From NCBI GenBank assembly GCA_029266795.1, contig JAQSWE010000003.1:1-43788 (forward strand): a stretch of 43,788 nt of DNA. Direction: 5' to 3'. The first letter of the stretch is position 1. Each line of letters starts with the position of its first letter. Source of the DNA: Alphaproteobacteria bacterium. GTDB taxonomy: Bacteria; Pseudomonadota; Alphaproteobacteria; Micavibrionales; UBA2020. Shown in pieces: positions 42,205 to 43,788 of the stretch. The notes beneath the pieces are model-generated. The model searched no databases and was not told the origin of the DNA. It saw only the letters and a list, made by a program, of their open reading frames with translations. The position numbers and the translations under genes were made by a program.

Positions 42205-43787
42205 CGGGAGGCGGCGGCATCGGCAAGGCGTTGCGCCATGTCTGTGGCCGCCAGCATATCGGCGAAGCCGTGATCGCGGATATGATTGTAAAGCGTGGCA
42301 ATCTTCAGCTTGCGCCCGTCACTGGCCGAGGGGGTCCACATTTTAGCAGTAAGCGCCTCGGCAAAATCACGTTCGAGATATGCGCGTTGCATCAGAGCGG
42401 CTAGGCTATGGCCGGTCAGCATATCGAAAGATTTTCCGTCCCGCGCCGCCATTCCTGCCAGCACATGCAGCGTGAGTTGCGCAAGTTCCGGCTTGTGGAA
42501 GGCCGCGATATTGGGCGTGCGAAGCGATGATTGCTTGTCAATGTTCGAGCCATAAGTAGCGGCGATAGGGCTGCCATGGATCTTAAACTGCGCATGCGCC
42601 CATTTGTCGTAGGACAGGCGGATCCGGTCATGAAGTGTTTCAAGATCGTCGTTTTTAAATTCCGGCAGCGCTTTCGTTTTTTCGAAAACTTCGATGGGGC
42701 TGTTCTTGCGCTCCGCTTGGTCGAGCGGGCGCTCGTTCAGCATGTAATACGAAATCAGGTTCATCTGGGTGAAGCTGCGGCCCAGCTGGTCTTCGTCGAA
42801 CTGCGTGACCTTGCCGTCCTTACTTTTCGGCTGCAATTCGGCGGAGGGTCGGTTTTTAAGAACCCAGTAAAAAGCCCGCACGGGCGGGACGCTGCCCTGC
42901 AGCCCGTATTCAAACAACAGTTCCATATGATCCAGCTCGCGCTGTTTGTCTTTGTGTGCATTGCCGCTAATCATGCCGCCATGCAGGTCGCCGCCCCAAG
43001 TGGCGTATGAATTGCGGCCTTCGTCGAGGTTGGGGTTGGAGATTGCGATCTTGTTCTCGATATTCGCGAACAGCATGATTAGAACCTGCCGCAACCGTGC
43101 CTGGATGTTTTCATAGGCGAGAGAGTGGCTGTCGATGGCAGTCGATAGCACTTGCCCGCCGATTTCTTCAAAGCGCGATTTCAGCTGCGCAATCGCCTGT
43201 TCCAATATCGCGGGCGAAGTGTCTTCCTTGCGCGTACGTAGCACAGCTGCGAGTTCAGCCCGGATTTGCGCTTCACGCGTGTCATCCACCGCGCCGGGGT
43301 TCACGACGCTGAAAATTTCAGCATAGGTTTCCACCAGCCGCTGCACGTTGCGGTATTCGAATTTTCCGCCGATGCCTTTATACGTTTCGCTCTCCGGCGT
43401 TGTGCCGCCCTCGACCAGCGTTTGCGCGGCGCGCAGGGTTTCGTCGGAACTGTTGTCGGTGCCCATGTAAACGCAGGTGAGCATATGCGACATGATATTG
43501 TCGACCACATCGCCCTTGGCCGCCAGCACCGCCTGACGGAACGGCAAATGCGGCATGGCATTGAAGAAACCATCCACGCCCAACTCGTTTACAGCAAGTT
43601 CGACCATGAAACGAATTTTTGCGGCGTTATAGGCGGAATCTGCGCCACCGGATAAGGCCTGCGCAACGCCGGAGATTTTATTTTTGCGCAGGTAATCGAA
43701 TAGCCAGAGCAATTCGTTGCGCAATTCCTCCTCCATCTCGCGCAAGGGACCGGTTTCCCACGCGGCGGGACCATCTTGCGTGGCAGG
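42195..43787 (-). CDS. nadE: NAD+ synthetase (large glutamine-dependent type), C-terminal synthetase domain; 5' end off the window
   Basis: PP-loop ALSGGADSAY, NIQARLR and ATWGGDLHGG. The reading frame stays open upstream of the track ATG 43745 (PATQDGPAAWETGPLRE) to the window edge. Confidence 0.85.
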   Translation of the reverse strand, partial: PATQDGPAAWETGPLREMEEELRNELLWLFDYLRKNKISGVAQALSGGADSAYNAAKIRFMVELAVNELGVDGFFNAMPHLPFRQAVLAAKGDVVDNIMSHMLTCVYMGTDNSSDETLRAAQTLVEGGTTPESETYKGIGGKFEYRNVQRLVETYAEIFSVVNPGAVDDTREAQIRAELAAVLRTRKEDTSPAILEQAIAQLKSRFEEIGGQVLSTAIDSHSLAYENIQARLRQVLIMLFANIENKIAISNPNLDEGRNSYATWGGDLHGGMISGNAHKDKQRELDHMELLFEYGLQGSVPPVRAFYWVLKNRPSAELQPKSKDGKVTQFDEDQLGRSFTQMNLISYYMLNERPLDQAERKNSPIEVFEKTKALPEFKNDDLETLHDRIRLSYDKWAHAQFKIHGSPIAATYGSNIDKQSSLRTPNIAAFHKPELAQLTLHVLAGMAARDGKSFDMLTGHSLAALMQRAYLERDFAEALTAKMWTPSASDGRKLKIATLYNHIRDHGFADMLAATDMAQRLADAAASRKK

Positions 43788-43788
43788 T

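Overview
High-GC proteobacterial-type chromosomal segment, densely coding and dominated by purine metabolism. I found no rRNA, tRNA, CRISPR array, integrase or transposase by eye. Left to right: a large secreted alpha-2-macroglobulin with a thioester motif, truncated at the window edge; divergent allA and allantoicase genes; a translationally coupled pair of an M48 metalloprotease and a CorA/DUF155-like 2-TM protein of unknown function; a beta-propeller protein; a decaying SPFH/flotillin-like gene; a three-gene operon of membrane protein, Tat-exported FAD oxidase and small membrane protein. Next comes an MFS / FecR-like / malate synthase / PuuD operon, then uraH, puuE and uraD, which together with allA and alc give a complete urate-to-glyoxylate-to-malate route. 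Then guaA, followed by an AT-rich single-gene insertion abutting the guaA stop codon, a second FAD oxidase paralogue, guaB, and a yybP-ykoY Mn2+ riboswitch with mntP. A tightly packed nine-gene operon purF-purE-purC-purD-purN-purSL-purQ-purH-purM follows, then a Yip1-family membrane protein, a bidirectional terminator and a 5'-truncated nadE. Most long ORFs antisense to these genes in the supplied track are GC-driven shadow ORFs. The best candidates for something undescribed are the M48 + CorA-like module, the AT-rich orphan gene at the guaA 3' end, and the membrane / Tat-FAD-oxidase operon. All family calls come from motif recognition by eye, not database searches.
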